Source: Candidatus Omnitrophota bacterium (lineage in GTDB: Bacteria > Omnitrophota > Omnitrophia > Omnitrophales > Omnitrophaceae). Taken from it: a stretch of 39,940 nt of DNA. The first letter of the stretch is position 1. Every line of letters starts with the position of its first letter. The translations under genes were made by a program, and so were the position numbers. Below, piece by piece: positions 26,749 to 37,600 of this stretch. The stretch covers positions 1 to 39,940 of the forward strand of contig JACQVP010000063.1 in assembly GCA_016209715.1 (NCBI GenBank), written 5' to 3'. The notes under the pieces were generated by a model that was not told the origin of the DNA, ran no database searches, and saw nothing but the letters and a program-made list of their open reading frames with translations.

Positions 26749-26891
26749 GCATCTCAGCTATTTTCCTAGGGGCCGCTAATCCTAACCCCTGTGCTTTTCT
26801 CGGCTTGTATGAGCCCTTTTGGGAAGCATTCTGATACCGGTCCCCCCGGAGGCAAGATAGCCTAAAAGTGTGTTTAAAAGGGAGGTGCGCG

Positions 26892-27776
26892 ATGGACCAA
26901 TCAGCAATAGTGAAAGAAGAGCTGACAGCGGAAGGAAGGATCCATTCCCATATCAGTTGGGGGGCCATTGTGGCCGGGTACATCCTTGCCGCGGCATTTG
27001 GGTTTTTGTTCTCGGTTCTCGGGTCGGCTATCGGAATCTCCGGCATTAACCTGTCGGAGGGCCAGATGAGCGCCGGGGGATTGACCCTGGCTTCCGTGTT
27101 CTGGCTTTTCCTGACCTGGGTCGGCTGCATGTTTCTCGGCGGCCTGTTCGCCGGGTTTCTGGCGGGGGAAATCGACCGGCTCACCGGTGCCGTCCACGGG
27201 ATCAGCGTTTGGGCGCTGGCCAATGTGATGGCCCTGTTTTTCGGAACCGCGGGACTGATGACCGTGGGACAGGCGGCGGGGCAAATCGGGTTCGGGCTGG
27301 CCGTCTCGGCGCCGGTTGCCCAGCAAAACGAGCAACGGGGAGAGAGAGAACGCAGCCTCGGAGACCGGGTCCAAACCCAGCTCAAGGAGACGATGGCGCA
27401 AGGCGTGAGCGCGGTGAGCGGCGATGAAGTCCGCCGGGGCGAAGTCCGCGAAGCCATCGACCGGCTGGACAACGCAACCTTGGTCACGATCAGCGGAGAA
27501 TTGGCGCGCGGTGACCAGGATCGCGCGAAAGAAATCCTGCTGGACCGGACCGGCCTTTCCGAAAGCGAAGCTGACGCCATCATGCAAGGCGTGGGCGCGA
27601 AGGTGAGCCGCGGAGCGAAAACGGCGGCGAATTACACCACGGCCGCCTTGTGGACGCTTTTCTTCGGCAGCCTTCTCGGTTTGCTGGCGGCGTATTTCGG
27701 CGGGACCACCGGGACGCAATTTGTCCTGAACCGCCATTTCGCCTATGCTTCCACCTGGAAGCACACAAACTCCTGA
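26892..27776 (+). CDS. Uncharacterised multi-pass membrane protein (ISWGAI..G type)
   Basis: GGAGGT RBS; three N-terminal TM segments, soluble insert, C-terminal TM. Confidence 0.75.
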   Translation: MDQSAIVKEELTAEGRIHSHISWGAIVAGYILAAAFGFLFSVLGSAIGISGINLSEGQMSAGGLTLASVFWLFLTWVGCMFLGGLFAGFLAGEIDRLTGAVHGISVWALANVMALFFGTAGLMTVGQAAGQIGFGLAVSAPVAQQNEQRGERERSLGDRVQTQLKETMAQGVSAVSGDEVRRGEVREAIDRLDNATLVTISGELARGDQDRAKEILLDRTGLSESEADAIMQGVGAKVSRGAKTAANYTTAALWTLFFGSLLGLLAAYFGGTTGTQFVLNRHFAYASTWKHTNS

Positions 27777-27790
27777 CCTGAGTTCTTCTT

Positions 27791-27817
27791 GCCCGGTGCT
27801 CACCGTGAGCACCGGGC
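27791..27817. terminator. 13-bp perfect inverted repeat between convergent genes
   Basis: GCCCGGTGCTCAC-c-GTGAGCACCGGGC; no long T tract. Confidence 0.5.
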
Positions 27818-27841
27818 GGGTGGCGATCCTGATTCTTGTTC

Positions 27842-28324
27842 CTATCTGTACTTGAAGCTCTTCTCCATCGCGGAATGCACGGCTTCCTCTTTTTCCTCCA
27901 CGCCCACGCGGTGGACGTAGACCATCTCGCCGCCGAGCCAGCCGCTAATCGTGAGAATCAAGATCGCGGCCGCCGAAAGGGCGATGGGCAGTTTGTGATC
28001 TCCCGGCAATTGGAGGCGCAAATAAAAATTGACCGCGTAGAGGAGCACCGCCGCGAGGTTGAGCCCCAGGTGAAAGGCGCCGATCTTCTTCACAGACTCG
28101 TTCCTATTCCGGACGTACAGATAATCCATCAGGCCGGGCACCGATGCGGCCAGCGCCGTCACAATCCCGCCGCCCATGGTCAAAAAGGCCGTGATGCGCC
28201 AATCTTCGGCCCCATAAACTTGGTACAGGACATCGCAAATGAAAGAAAAGATCCACAATCCCAAGGGCAGAGCGACCAGCATGGCGTGGACCGGGTGGCT
28301 TTGAATGCTTGCGGGCGTTTTCAT
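27842..28324 (-). CDS. DUF2231-like membrane protein
   Basis: HPVHAMLVALP, PGLMDY, GAFHLGLN, GWLGGEMVYVHRVGV; GAGGTG RBS. Confidence 0.8.
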   Translation of the reverse strand: MKTPASIQSHPVHAMLVALPLGLWIFSFICDVLYQVYGAEDWRITAFLTMGGGIVTALAASVPGLMDYLYVRNRNESVKKIGAFHLGLNLAAVLLYAVNFYLRLQLPGDHKLPIALSAAAILILTISGWLGGEMVYVHRVGVEEKEEAVHSAMEKSFKYR

Positions 28325-28395
28325 GGCAATCACCTCGTGGCCTCTATCATAGGGGGCGCCGCGAGGCTTTGTTAGCAGGGCGCGTCTGACGGTCG

Positions 28396-28659
28396 TTAAG
28401 AGGGAATCCCCGGAGCGCTCGGGGGAACGCTGAGACCGGAATTCTGTTTCTCGAACCAGCCGCGGATCGTTTCGAGCTGGTCTCCCTGGATTTCGATCAC
28501 GCCGTTTTTCACCGTGCCTCCGGCGCCGCAGGCCGCCTTGAATTCGCGCGCCATCGCCTCGAGCCTCCGCTCGCCGTAAGTGTGCAGGCCCGCGACCAGC
28601 GTCACCACCTTGCCGCCGCCCCTTCTTTCGAGATAGATCTTAGGCTTTGGCGGGGCCAA
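28396..28659 (-). CDS. yciH: SUI1/YciH translation initiation factor
   Basis: RRGGGKVVTLVAG, CGAGGTVKNGVIEIQGD; TTG start overlaps the end of the upstream gene. Confidence 0.85.
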   Translation of the reverse strand: MAPPKPKIYLERRGGGKVVTLVAGLHTYGERRLEAMAREFKAACGAGGTVKNGVIEIQGDQLETIRGWFEKQNSGLSVPPSAPGIPS

Positions 28660-29707
28660 GGGATTGAAGGTCGATGACGAAGCGGTACTTCACGTCGCCG
28701 CGCACGGTGCGGGCGTAGGCTTCGTTCACTTTTTGGATGGGGATGAGCTCGATGTCGGAGACAATGCCGCGGCGGGCGGTGTAATCCAGCATCTCCTGCG
28801 TCTCCCGGATCCCGCCGATGAGCGAGCCGCCGAACTTCCGGCGCTTCATGATCAGGTTGAACTGGTCGATTTTCTGCGGCACGCCGGGCGCGCCGACCAC
28901 GCAAAGCGTGCCGTCGCGGCGAAGAAGGCCGAGCAGGCGGTCGAGATCATGCGGGGCCGAGACGGTGTCCAGGATGAAATGAAAATAATTCTCGAACTTG
29001 CCGAAATTTTCCGGGCGGCTCGAGAGCAGGAACTTTTTCGCCCCCATCCGGCGGGCGTCCCTTTCCTTTTCCGCCGAAGTGCTGATCACCGTGACTTCCG
29101 CGCCCAGCGAGGCCGCGATCTTTACGCCCATGTGGCCGAGACCGCCGAGGCCGGCCACCGCCACCTTGTCGGCGCGCTTCACGCCGTAATGGCGGAGCGG
29201 CCCATACGTCGTGATCCCGGCGCAAAGGAGGGGCGCCACCGCGGCCAGATTGGATTTGTGGGAAATCCGGAGAACGTAATTTTGATCCACCACGATATGG
29301 TCCGAATAACCGCCGAAAGTGCCGGTCTTCCGGTCCTGCAGGGTCCCGTTGTAAGTCCAGGAAACGCCCGCGTCGCAATACTGCTCGAGCCCCGCGCGGC
29401 AATGGTCGCATTTCCGGCAGCTGTCCACGAAACAGCCCACGCCGACGATCTGGCCCGGGCGGAAACGCATCACCCTGGCGCCGGTTTCTCTCACCCGGCC
29501 GACGATTTCATGGCCCGGCACCACCGGATAGGCCGTGTTCTGCCATTCGTTCCGCGCGGTGTGGATGTCGGAGTGGCAAATCCCGCAATAAAGGATTTCG
29601 ATGAGGACGTCGTTCGGTCCGACGGCGCGGCGCCGGAACCGGAACGGGCGAAGATTCGATTTCGGGCCGTGGGCCGCGTACGCGTAACAAAGTTTGGATG
29701 ATTTCAT
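28640..29707 (-). CDS. Zn/NADP-dependent alcohol dehydrogenase (CAD/YahK-like)
   Basis: CGICHSD, PGHEIVG, CRKCDHC...C, APLLCAGITTY, GLGGLGH, DVKYRFVID. Confidence 0.95.
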   Translation of the reverse strand: MKSSKLCYAYAAHGPKSNLRPFRFRRRAVGPNDVLIEILYCGICHSDIHTARNEWQNTAYPVVPGHEIVGRVRETGARVMRFRPGQIVGVGCFVDSCRKCDHCRAGLEQYCDAGVSWTYNGTLQDRKTGTFGGYSDHIVVDQNYVLRISHKSNLAAVAPLLCAGITTYGPLRHYGVKRADKVAVAGLGGLGHMGVKIAASLGAEVTVISTSAEKERDARRMGAKKFLLSSRPENFGKFENYFHFILDTVSAPHDLDRLLGLLRRDGTLCVVGAPGVPQKIDQFNLIMKRRKFGGSLIGGIRETQEMLDYTARRGIVSDIELIPIQKVNEAYARTVRGDVKYRFVIDLQSLGPAKA

Positions 29708-29764
29708 GGCCCCCTCCGCGTTTTTTCGGATTGTACCATTTCTTTCCGGTTGAACGAGGGGGAA

Positions 29765-30448
29765 TTAACCATTCGGCTTGGCCGGTTTCACGCAATCGGC
29801 GACGTCATTGCCGGGAGAATTGACGAGGGTCGAGACGGGGAAGGCCTCCATGTATTGAGGCGGGTAAGGTTTCAAATGCTGTTTGAGGATGCTCGTGTCG
29901 GAGTTGCCGGGGAAGAGCCATTCGCCGCGTTCCCCCGCGGGGAGGATCACCGGCATCCGGTCGTGGATGGACCTCATGAGCTCATTGGGGGCCGTGGTGA
30001 TGATGGTGAACGTCCGCACCTCGCTGCCGTTGGGCGCGAGCCAGGCGTCCCACAGGCCCGCGAAGGTGAAGCTTTCCCCGCTCCGGAGCCGCGCGTAATA
30101 CGGCTGTTTTTTTCCGCCCTCCGCCTTCCATTCATAGAATCCGTCCGCCACCACCAGACAGCGGCGGCGGCGGATGAGGCCTCGGTAGGAAGGTTTTTCG
30201 AGCAAGGTCTCCGCGCGCGCGTTGATCATGCGGGCGCCGATGGACGCCTCCTTGGCCCAGGACGGGACGAGTCCCCACCGGAGCAGGTCAAACCGCGGCG
30301 ATTTCTTTTCTTCCTGCAGGATCACGAGGGCCTCTTGCGAGGGCGCGATGTTGTAGCGCGAGCGGAGGAGGGGAATTTTCCCCGCCAGATCCAGATATTC
30401 GTTTTCCAGGTCTTTGGTCTTCGCCGAGAGCGAGTATCGTCCGCACAC
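29765..30448 (-). CDS. SOS response-associated peptidase (SRAP, YedK/HMCES family)
   Basis: GTG start gives N-terminal M-CGRY; YNIAPSQ, WGLVPSW, INARAET, DGFYEW, IHDRMPVIL. Confidence 0.93.
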   Translation of the reverse strand: MCGRYSLSAKTKDLENEYLDLAGKIPLLRSRYNIAPSQEALVILQEEKKSPRFDLLRWGLVPSWAKEASIGARMINARAETLLEKPSYRGLIRRRRCLVVADGFYEWKAEGGKKQPYYARLRSGESFTFAGLWDAWLAPNGSEVRTFTIITTAPNELMRSIHDRMPVILPAGERGEWLFPGNSDTSILKQHLKPYPPQYMEAFPVSTLVNSPGNDVADCVKPAKPNG

Positions 30449-30522
30449 GGCGTCTATTTTACACCATTTGCCTGAGGGCCGGCATTCGTGGTAAATTTGC
30501 CCCATAACGAAAGGAGCGGCCC

Positions 30523-31107
30523 ATGATTGTCTTCCTCGTCCTCGTCGCCATCCTCGCCGTCTTGGCGCTCGCCTTGGCCGCGATTTACAACAATCTCGTC
30601 AGTCTCCGCAACCGCTATAAAAATTCTTACGCGCAAATCGACGTCCAGTTGAAGCGGCGCTATGACCTCGTCCCGAACCTGGTCGAGGCCGCCAAAGGAT
30701 ACTTGAAACACGAGCGCGAAACGCTCGAGGCCGTCATTCAGGCCCGCAATCAGGCGGTTGCCGCGGCCGGACGCGCCGCCGCGTCGCCGGGCGATCCGGG
30801 GGCCATGCAATCCCTGCGGGGTGCCGAGGCCGGGCTGACCGGCGCTTTAACAAAACTCCTGGCCCTTTCCGAGGCCTATCCGGACCTCAAGGCCAACCAA
30901 AACATGATGCGGCTCATGGAAGAGCTCGCCTCCACGGAAAACCGCATCGCCTTCGCGCGCCAGGCCTTCAACGACACCGTTACCGAGTACAACACCGCGA
31001 GGGAAAAATTTCCGGCCGTGCTCGCGGCGGGCCCCCTCGGTTTCGGCCCCGCGGCGCTCCTCGAAGGCGACGACCGCTCGTCCTCCGCCCCGGCCGTCAA
31101 ATTTTAA
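30523..31107 (+). CDS. lemA: LemA family protein
   Basis: N-terminal TM, IDVQLKRRYDLVPNLV, EAYPDLKAN, TENRIAFARQ. Confidence 0.95.
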   Translation: MIVFLVLVAILAVLALALAAIYNNLVSLRNRYKNSYAQIDVQLKRRYDLVPNLVEAAKGYLKHERETLEAVIQARNQAVAAAGRAAASPGDPGAMQSLRGAEAGLTGALTKLLALSEAYPDLKANQNMMRLMEELASTENRIAFARQAFNDTVTEYNTAREKFPAVLAAGPLGFGPAALLEGDDRSSSAPAVKF

Positions 31108-31116
31108 GGGCCCGGC

Positions 31117-33042
31117 GTGAATTTCTTCCGGGAGCAGGAACGCGCCCGCTCGAAGACCCGCTGGCTCGTCCTCTTTTATCTCATCACCGTCGGGCTGATC
31201 ATCCTCGCCGTATACCCCGCCGTCCTTTACGCCCTCACTTTCATTGATCAGGAGCGCGCCTTCCGGTTTCATTCCCTCGCCTTCCCGCAAAATTTTTGGG
31301 ACCCGGCCGTTGGCCTCGGGACATCGCTCGCCGTCCTTGCGATCGTGCTGATCGGGTCCGTGGCCAAAATCATCGAATTGAGCCGGGGAGGCCGCGCCGT
31401 CGCGGAATTTCTCGGGGGCCGGCTCCTCCCGCCGGGAACAACGGACCCGGAAGAGCGGCAGGTCCTGAATATCGTCGAAGAGGTAGCCATCGCGTCGGGG
31501 ACCGGCGTCCCTCCCGTGTACCTGCTCGACGAGGAAAAATCGATCAACGCCTTCGCGGCGGGATTTTCCACGCGCGACGCGGTCATCGGCGTCACCCACG
31601 GGGCCGTCAAGCTCTTGTCGAGGGACGAATTGCAGGGCGTGATCGCCCATGAATTCAGCCATATCCTGAACGGCGACATGCGCCTGAATCTCCGCCTCAT
31701 GGGCATCCTTCACGGCATCCTGATGATGACCGTCATCGGGCGCGGCCTGCTGGATGTCTGCCGGCCCCGGGGCTCCCGCAAACGGGGAGGCGGCGGGGGA
31801 GGCATCCTCGGCGCCGTCGCCATCACCGGTTTCACATTTTGGCTGGTCGGCTGGATCGGAGTTTTTTTCAGCCGGCTCATCAAGAGCGCCATCTCGCGCC
31901 AGCGGGAATCGCTGGCCGACGCCTCGGCCGTCCAATACACCCGCCTCCCGGTCGGCCTTGCCGGCGCGCTCAAGAAAATCGGCGGCCTGTCACACCGCTC
32001 CGTCCTCGAGCATCCCCGGGCCGAAGAGGCGAGCCACCTTTATTTCGCCAAAGGTCTCGCGCTGGCCCGCCTGTTCGACACGCATCCCCCGCTCGAGCAG
32101 CGGATCAAACAGCTGGATCCCGCCTTCGACGGCGCCTGGCCCCTGGTCAGATATCCCGAGAAGCCGCGTCCCGTCATCGAAAAGCCCAAACCCCCGCTCG
32201 CCGTGCCTTCGGCCGCGGCCCTGCAAGTGAACGCCCTCCTCGCCGGGCTCGGCCAATTGAACGAATCCCATCTGGCATGGTCGGCCTCGCTCATCGCCGA
32301 AATCCCGGAATTCATCCGGGAGAATTTAAGGGACGCCGTCGGCGCGCGCGCCGTCTTCTATTCTCTCCTGCTGGAACCGGCCCGCGAAGAAACCAAGAAA
32401 ATTCAGCGCCGGCATCTTTTTCAGCACGGCAACTATCTCGTCTACCAGCGCCTCTTGAAAATCGCCCAGGCCGCATCGGCCCTGCCCGTCCGCCTGCGCT
32501 TGCCGCTCGTGGACCTCGCCCTGCCGTCCCTCTCGACGCTGTCGCCGGCGCAATACGCCATGTTCCGGAACGACACGGAGGTTTTGATCGCCGCGGACGG
32601 CAAAGTCTATCCTTTTGAATTGGCGCTCAAAATCGTGGCCCTGCATCATCTCGACGGCGTATTCGGGAGGGAAATGAAGCGGGAAGCGGCGGCGGGTGAA
32701 AAGGAAATCCTCGAGGCGGGAATGGTTCTTTTCGCGTTTCTCGCGAACACCGGCCATTGCGGAAACCCGGCCAAAGCCGAGGCCGCGTTCCGGGAAGCGG
32801 CCGCCCACTGGGGCGAAGGCGCCCCGGCCGTCGCATTCAAGGCCTCCGACACGGCCGATCCCGGCTCCGTCGAGCAAGCGCTCTCCGTCCTGCAGGGATT
32901 GAAGCCCGCTCAAAAGAAAGTTTTTCTCCGCGCCTGCGCGCGCTCCATCCGAAGCGACAGCGTCTGTCTTCCCGAAGAAATCGAAGTGGTCCGCGCCTTC
33001 GCCGACGTTCTCGACACTCCCGTCGGCCCGGTGTTGGGCTGA
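31117..33042 (+). CDS. M48/HtpX-like membrane zinc protease with long C-terminal extension
   Basis: INAFAAG, IAHEFSH, ISRQRESLAD, THPPLEQRI; follows lemA. Confidence 0.88.
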   Translation: MNFFREQERARSKTRWLVLFYLITVGLIILAVYPAVLYALTFIDQERAFRFHSLAFPQNFWDPAVGLGTSLAVLAIVLIGSVAKIIELSRGGRAVAEFLGGRLLPPGTTDPEERQVLNIVEEVAIASGTGVPPVYLLDEEKSINAFAAGFSTRDAVIGVTHGAVKLLSRDELQGVIAHEFSHILNGDMRLNLRLMGILHGILMMTVIGRGLLDVCRPRGSRKRGGGGGGILGAVAITGFTFWLVGWIGVFFSRLIKSAISRQRESLADASAVQYTRLPVGLAGALKKIGGLSHRSVLEHPRAEEASHLYFAKGLALARLFDTHPPLEQRIKQLDPAFDGAWPLVRYPEKPRPVIEKPKPPLAVPSAAALQVNALLAGLGQLNESHLAWSASLIAEIPEFIRENLRDAVGARAVFYSLLLEPAREETKKIQRRHLFQHGNYLVYQRLLKIAQAASALPVRLRLPLVDLALPSLSTLSPAQYAMFRNDTEVLIAADGKVYPFELALKIVALHHLDGVFGREMKREAAAGEKEILEAGMVLFAFLANTGHCGNPAKAEAAFREAAAHWGEGAPAVAFKASDTADPGSVEQALSVLQGLKPAQKKVFLRACARSIRSDSVCLPEEIEVVRAFADVLDTPVGPVLG

Positions 33043-33050
33043 GTCAGCGC

Positions 33051-34637
33051 TTATTCGTACTTGCCGAAGGCCTGGAGTTCGTGGGTTTTTGCATATCCGC
33101 CGCCGTGGGCATCCACGAGTTTGACTTTGATATACCGCACCGGGACCGGCGCGGCGAAAACATATTCCTGGTAGGCGTTGCCGGCGAAAACCATATTCAT
33201 CGTTTCAAAAGTTCCCAGCGGCTCATAGCCCGAAGTCGGCGAGGTCTTCGACCCGGAGATCTCGATCGTCTTGACGTTGTATTGAGAAGCCTCAAAAATG
33301 GGGACGGCGACTTTCGTGATCACCACCGTCCGGTTATCCCGGAACCCAAAAATACCTTCCTCGTTTCCGTAGGTGACCACGGACTCGCCGGGATGATCGA
33401 AAGTGCCGTCAATCAACTTGGCAAATTCCGGCCGCGCCCCCGCGATAAAAACACCGCCGTTGGCGGCGGCCAGGACATTCATTTCCTGCCGGCCGGTCCG
33501 GCTTTGGGCCTCCTTGAATTCATCCTCCGTCAGATAGCGCCCGTGAGCGCGGAGTTCTCTCGGATAGGATTGACTGCCGCCCGCGCCCGGGCCGAACACC
33601 ACTTTCAGATGACGCACGGCCACAGGCGGATCAAAGGCGAATTCCTGATACACCTCCTGGAACATCACCTGGTTTTTCACTTCGATCTTGCTCAGCGGAA
33701 AAAACGCCTTTTCATCGGCCGTGGCGGCCGATCCCCAAAGTTCCAAAGAACTCGGATTGTATTGATGCGTCTCGAAAACCGGCACGGCAAGGGCCTCTAT
33801 CAACGCTGCCTGGCCGTCCTTAAACGAGAAAACGATATTGTCTCCCTGCCAAACCGCATCTTTCATGGCCTCTTCACTGCCGTCGATCAGGGCGGCAAGC
33901 CCGGGCTTGGTGGAGGAGACGATGCGCGTTCCTTCGGAAGCGGCCAGCAGGTTGGGTTTGGCTTCCTTCTGAGGCACGAGCAGCATTTCCTTTTGCGCCG
34001 CCTCTTCGAGAGACTTTTCCAACTCGCCCACATTGCTCGCTTCCGTGTAACTGCCGCCGCTGACATCGGCGAGTTTTTTCAATTGGGCGCGGGCGGCCTC
34101 GGAGGCGTCAAAGCCGATGGCGTGGATTTTGATGTCAATGCCCTGGGCCTTTAGGTTCTGCATCACCGCGATCGGGTCTTTGCCGCAGGTTTCCTCGCCG
34201 TCGCTGATCAAAATGACCGTTTTTTTGATATCCGGCGAGGGGGTGAAATCCCTGCCCGCCAGCTCAAGAGAATGGCCGAGAGCGGTCATGCCAAACGATT
34301 GGAGCCCCTGCACTTTTTCAAGCATCACGTCCCCGCGAAACGGCGCGATCGGCATGGCCAGCACCGAATCTTCGCAAGACTGCAGCATATTGCCTTGAAT
34401 GGACGTGGTGCCGAAGATCCGCAGGCCTACCCGTGAGCCGGGCTGGATTTGGCCGGCAACCGTGCTCATCGCCTGTTTAGCCAAGGCCAGTTTCGTCCCC
34501 CCTTCAATCGGATCATTCATGCTGCGTGATCCGTCGAATATAATTTCGATTTCGGATTGCGCGAAAGCCGGCGAGACCGTCAAGAAGAACGCGATCATGA
34601 GGAAGCCCAAAAACCGGAACGAAGGATTTCTTAACAT
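33051..34637 (-). CDS. Secreted VWA-domain protein with two discoidin (F5/8 type C)-like repeats
   Basis: Signal peptide ending AFA; MIDAS DGSRS and ISDG; repeats N(L/V)LAA..G...LIDG...VR(H/Y).KV...EL.A.G.Y. Confidence 0.8.
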   Translation of the reverse strand: MLRNPSFRFLGFLMIAFFLTVSPAFAQSEIEIIFDGSRSMNDPIEGGTKLALAKQAMSTVAGQIQPGSRVGLRIFGTTSIQGNMLQSCEDSVLAMPIAPFRGDVMLEKVQGLQSFGMTALGHSLELAGRDFTPSPDIKKTVILISDGEETCGKDPIAVMQNLKAQGIDIKIHAIGFDASEAARAQLKKLADVSGGSYTEASNVGELEKSLEEAAQKEMLLVPQKEAKPNLLAASEGTRIVSSTKPGLAALIDGSEEAMKDAVWQGDNIVFSFKDGQAALIEALAVPVFETHQYNPSSLELWGSAATADEKAFFPLSKIEVKNQVMFQEVYQEFAFDPPVAVRHLKVVFGPGAGGSQSYPRELRAHGRYLTEDEFKEAQSRTGRQEMNVLAAANGGVFIAGARPEFAKLIDGTFDHPGESVVTYGNEEGIFGFRDNRTVVITKVAVPIFEASQYNVKTIEISGSKTSPTSGYEPLGTFETMNMVFAGNAYQEYVFAAPVPVRYIKVKLVDAHGGGYAKTHELQAFGKYE

Positions 34638-34655
34638 GACTTTTCCTTTCTCGAG

Positions 34656-37600
34656 TTATTCAACGGCATCGGCCGCGCGGTCGATGGCCACTTCCATCGG
34701 AGTGATGTTCCCGCCTTCTTGCCGTATCTCCTTCATCAGCGCGTCCCGCTTGGGGCCGGGAGGGGTGTTGCGTATGCGTTCCTGGATTCCCTGCATGCTT
34801 CCGCCGCGATAGGTCGAGATCCTTTCCGCCGCAACCTCCGGATTAGCGCTGAACCGTTCGCCATAGGGCTCCGAGGCGGCCAGGTTGTCCTGCAAATTGC
34901 GCGTCAATTCCCGGCCGCGCGTGACCGATCCCGCCGCGGCTTTCGTCGGATAGGATCTCAGCATGCCGTCCAGTTCGCGAAAACGCGTATCGTCAAACGC
35001 TTGGCCGGATTGCCGCCGCGCCTCTTTGAGATTGCGCTGGAAAATCGATTCGGCCAAATGCGCGCGCACTTCGTTCAGCCGGCCCTTGGTTTCCGGCCCT
35101 TTGAAGCCAGGCTTATTCTGCGCGGCCCAGGACTTTTCGCCTTTATAGGTATGGGCGTATTCATGAACAATGCTGCTGGCGACCGACTCCGGACTGCGCA
35201 GTTTGGCGGTACCGGGATCATAAGGGTTCACTTGAACGTAATTCTTCTTAAAATTGCCGTCGGCGACGCCGTAGCCCTTGAGCGCCGGCTCATAAAAATA
35301 ATCGAACTTGCGGCCCGCGTCCTGGCTTTTGAGATCGTCGAGCACGCGCCTGGCCCACTTGTCACCCTGGCCCGCGGCGTCTTGGAGTGCCTTATGAACT
35401 TGGGCGTCAAAGGCCTCGCGCTGGGCCTGCGGCGTGGACATCCATTCCTTGCGCAGACGGCCCACTTCTTTCAGGTCCTTCTGAAGAATATCTTTACCGA
35501 CGGGCGCCGGGACGCGCTTCGTCCGGTCTTCAGGGACATCGGCATCATCGAGGTCTACTGCCTTCGGGGCCGCCGCCGGCGGTTTCGGGGCTTCCGTGAT
35601 TTCGGTTTTGCGGCCGAGACGCGGCGTTGTTTTCGTGCCCGCGGGATATTCGATCGTCGGCCGCATCTTTGCCGAGACGGCCGGCGGCCCGTCAGGCGCG
35701 TCAATGCGTTTGAGTTGACCGACAGCCGGATCCGGATTCGCGGCGCCGCCCGATGCCGTGCGCCCGGTCCCTACGAAATCATCCGCGCCGGGAAGAACGC
35801 GGCCCGCGAGCCCCCCGAAAACCAGCTCGCCCGCGGCCGACGCCCCGGCTTCGTACACCGCTTCACCGACCGTGAGCTCACGCCCCATGTCCGCGCCGGA
35901 CATGTCCTGCTGAAATGCGAGAGTCATCAACGGGTCCGCGGGATTCATCGAACTGAACCAATCCGTCATCCCATAGGCAATCTCTTTACTGCCCGCCAGG
36001 ATCCCGCTTTGAACATCCTCGCGCGTCGCGATACCGGCCCGCCGCAGCGCGTCGTTTTCCGCGCGGCGAAGAAGATCATCGCTCTCGCCCCGGGCCCCGG
36101 CCAGATCGCTCATATCGAAAGAACGCTTGGCGGCCTGCGCCAGCGGCTCATCGCGGCCCGTGTTGCCGCGCTCAAAGCTTCCGCCCATGAGCTTTGAATA
36201 CTCGCGCGCCGTGTGAAGCTGGGCGAGGTGGTTGGCGCCGTCAACCTTCAGCATTTGGTCCAGGTTGTCGGCAAGCTGGACGCGTCTCCGGGCATCCTGC
36301 AGCTGCTCGGGCGTGGCCGGAATTTTAGTCGCGTTGCCATTCTCGTCCGTCGACGCGATGGCGCCGGTTTCGATGACCCGGCGGTAATAATCGCGGCGTT
36401 TGTGCATTTCTTCCTGAATCATGTCCATTTCAAACTGGCGGACTTCCTGAGGAGTCTGCGGATCGGCCTCCTCCCAGCGGCGGTCGAATTCGGCCTGGCG
36501 CCGGCGCTCCTGCTCTTCCTGAGCGCGCGCCCGGCTTCCCTTTTCGCGCGCGTCCGCGGCGGCTTGTTCAGCCGCGGCCTTTTCGGCGTCGAGCGCGGCC
36601 TGGCGCTCGGCTTGCTCCTGCCGGATCGCTTCCAATTTCCCGCGCTCGGCTTCCTGCCGCACTCTTTCGTCTTCCCCCAGTTTGTCGAGAGAAGCTTCCC
36701 GGCGCGCTTGATCCTTTTCTCTTTGCGCCTCCAGCCGCTCCCGCGATTCCCGGTTCTGATCGATGAATTCCTGATCGCGACGGTACTGTTCCCGGTCCCG
36801 GTCGGAAAGATCTTCCCAGTTCTGCCTCAAACCGAGTTCCCGCTTTTGTTCTTCGAATAGATGGCGCCCGGGCTCGATTTCGCGGCCCTCCGCCTCTCGC
36901 CTCTCCAGAACATCGCCGTTCTGATCGAGCACCAGCTCGCGGGCCGGCCCCTCATCATAGCGGGTGGTGCGGACCGTATTTCCCATGTCATCCGCGCGGT
37001 TTTCAACCAACACCCGTTTCTCCGAGACGAGATTGCCGTCCGGATCATAAACGCGTTCCGTGCCGTAGCCGTCGCGGTCAAATTCCGTGACGGTCGTATG
37101 CTGCCAGGGATCGACGCGCGCCTCCACCGTCCGGCCCTGATCGTCGGTCTCGGTGATCGTGGGATTTCCAAACGAGTCCGTGCGCGTGCGGCTGACCAGC
37201 CGGCCCTGGCTGTCCCGCTGTTCCGTGATACTGCCGCCGGAGCCGGACCCGCTCTCTTCAAATTCCGTGACGGTTTCGCCGGTGGCCGGATCGGTCGTAA
37301 CCGTGCGGCGGGCACCGTCCGGCAGCTCCGTGGTTTCAATGCGCCGCCCGTCTTCACCCGTCCGGGTGGTCTTGACGGTCGTACCCGCTTCCGGAGAGGA
37401 GCTGGTTTCAATCACCGTGCCGTCGGCGCGGGTCTCGACGCGTTCCACGCGCCCATCCTTGTATTCCGTGGTTTCGATTTTGTTTCCGTCCGCGTCCCTC
37501 TCAACCGTGTGTTGATTGCCCTGTTCATCCGTCCATTCCGATTTGCCTTCCGGGCCTTTTTCTTTTTCCTCCGGGCCCTCTTCGGGCAAATCTTCCGGCG

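Noticed and set aside
30449-30505. N-terminal extension of SRAP in the ORF track
   Set aside because: SRAP proteins need Cys at position 2; GTG at 30448 is the credible start.
30523-33042. lemA plus htpX-like pair as a novel system
   Set aside because: Well-known, widespread gene pairing.
36895-37540. Repeat region as CRISPR array or classical Rhs core
   Set aside because: Repeats are degenerate and protein-level only; no identical DNA repeats and no DPxG-type Rhs core terminus recognised.
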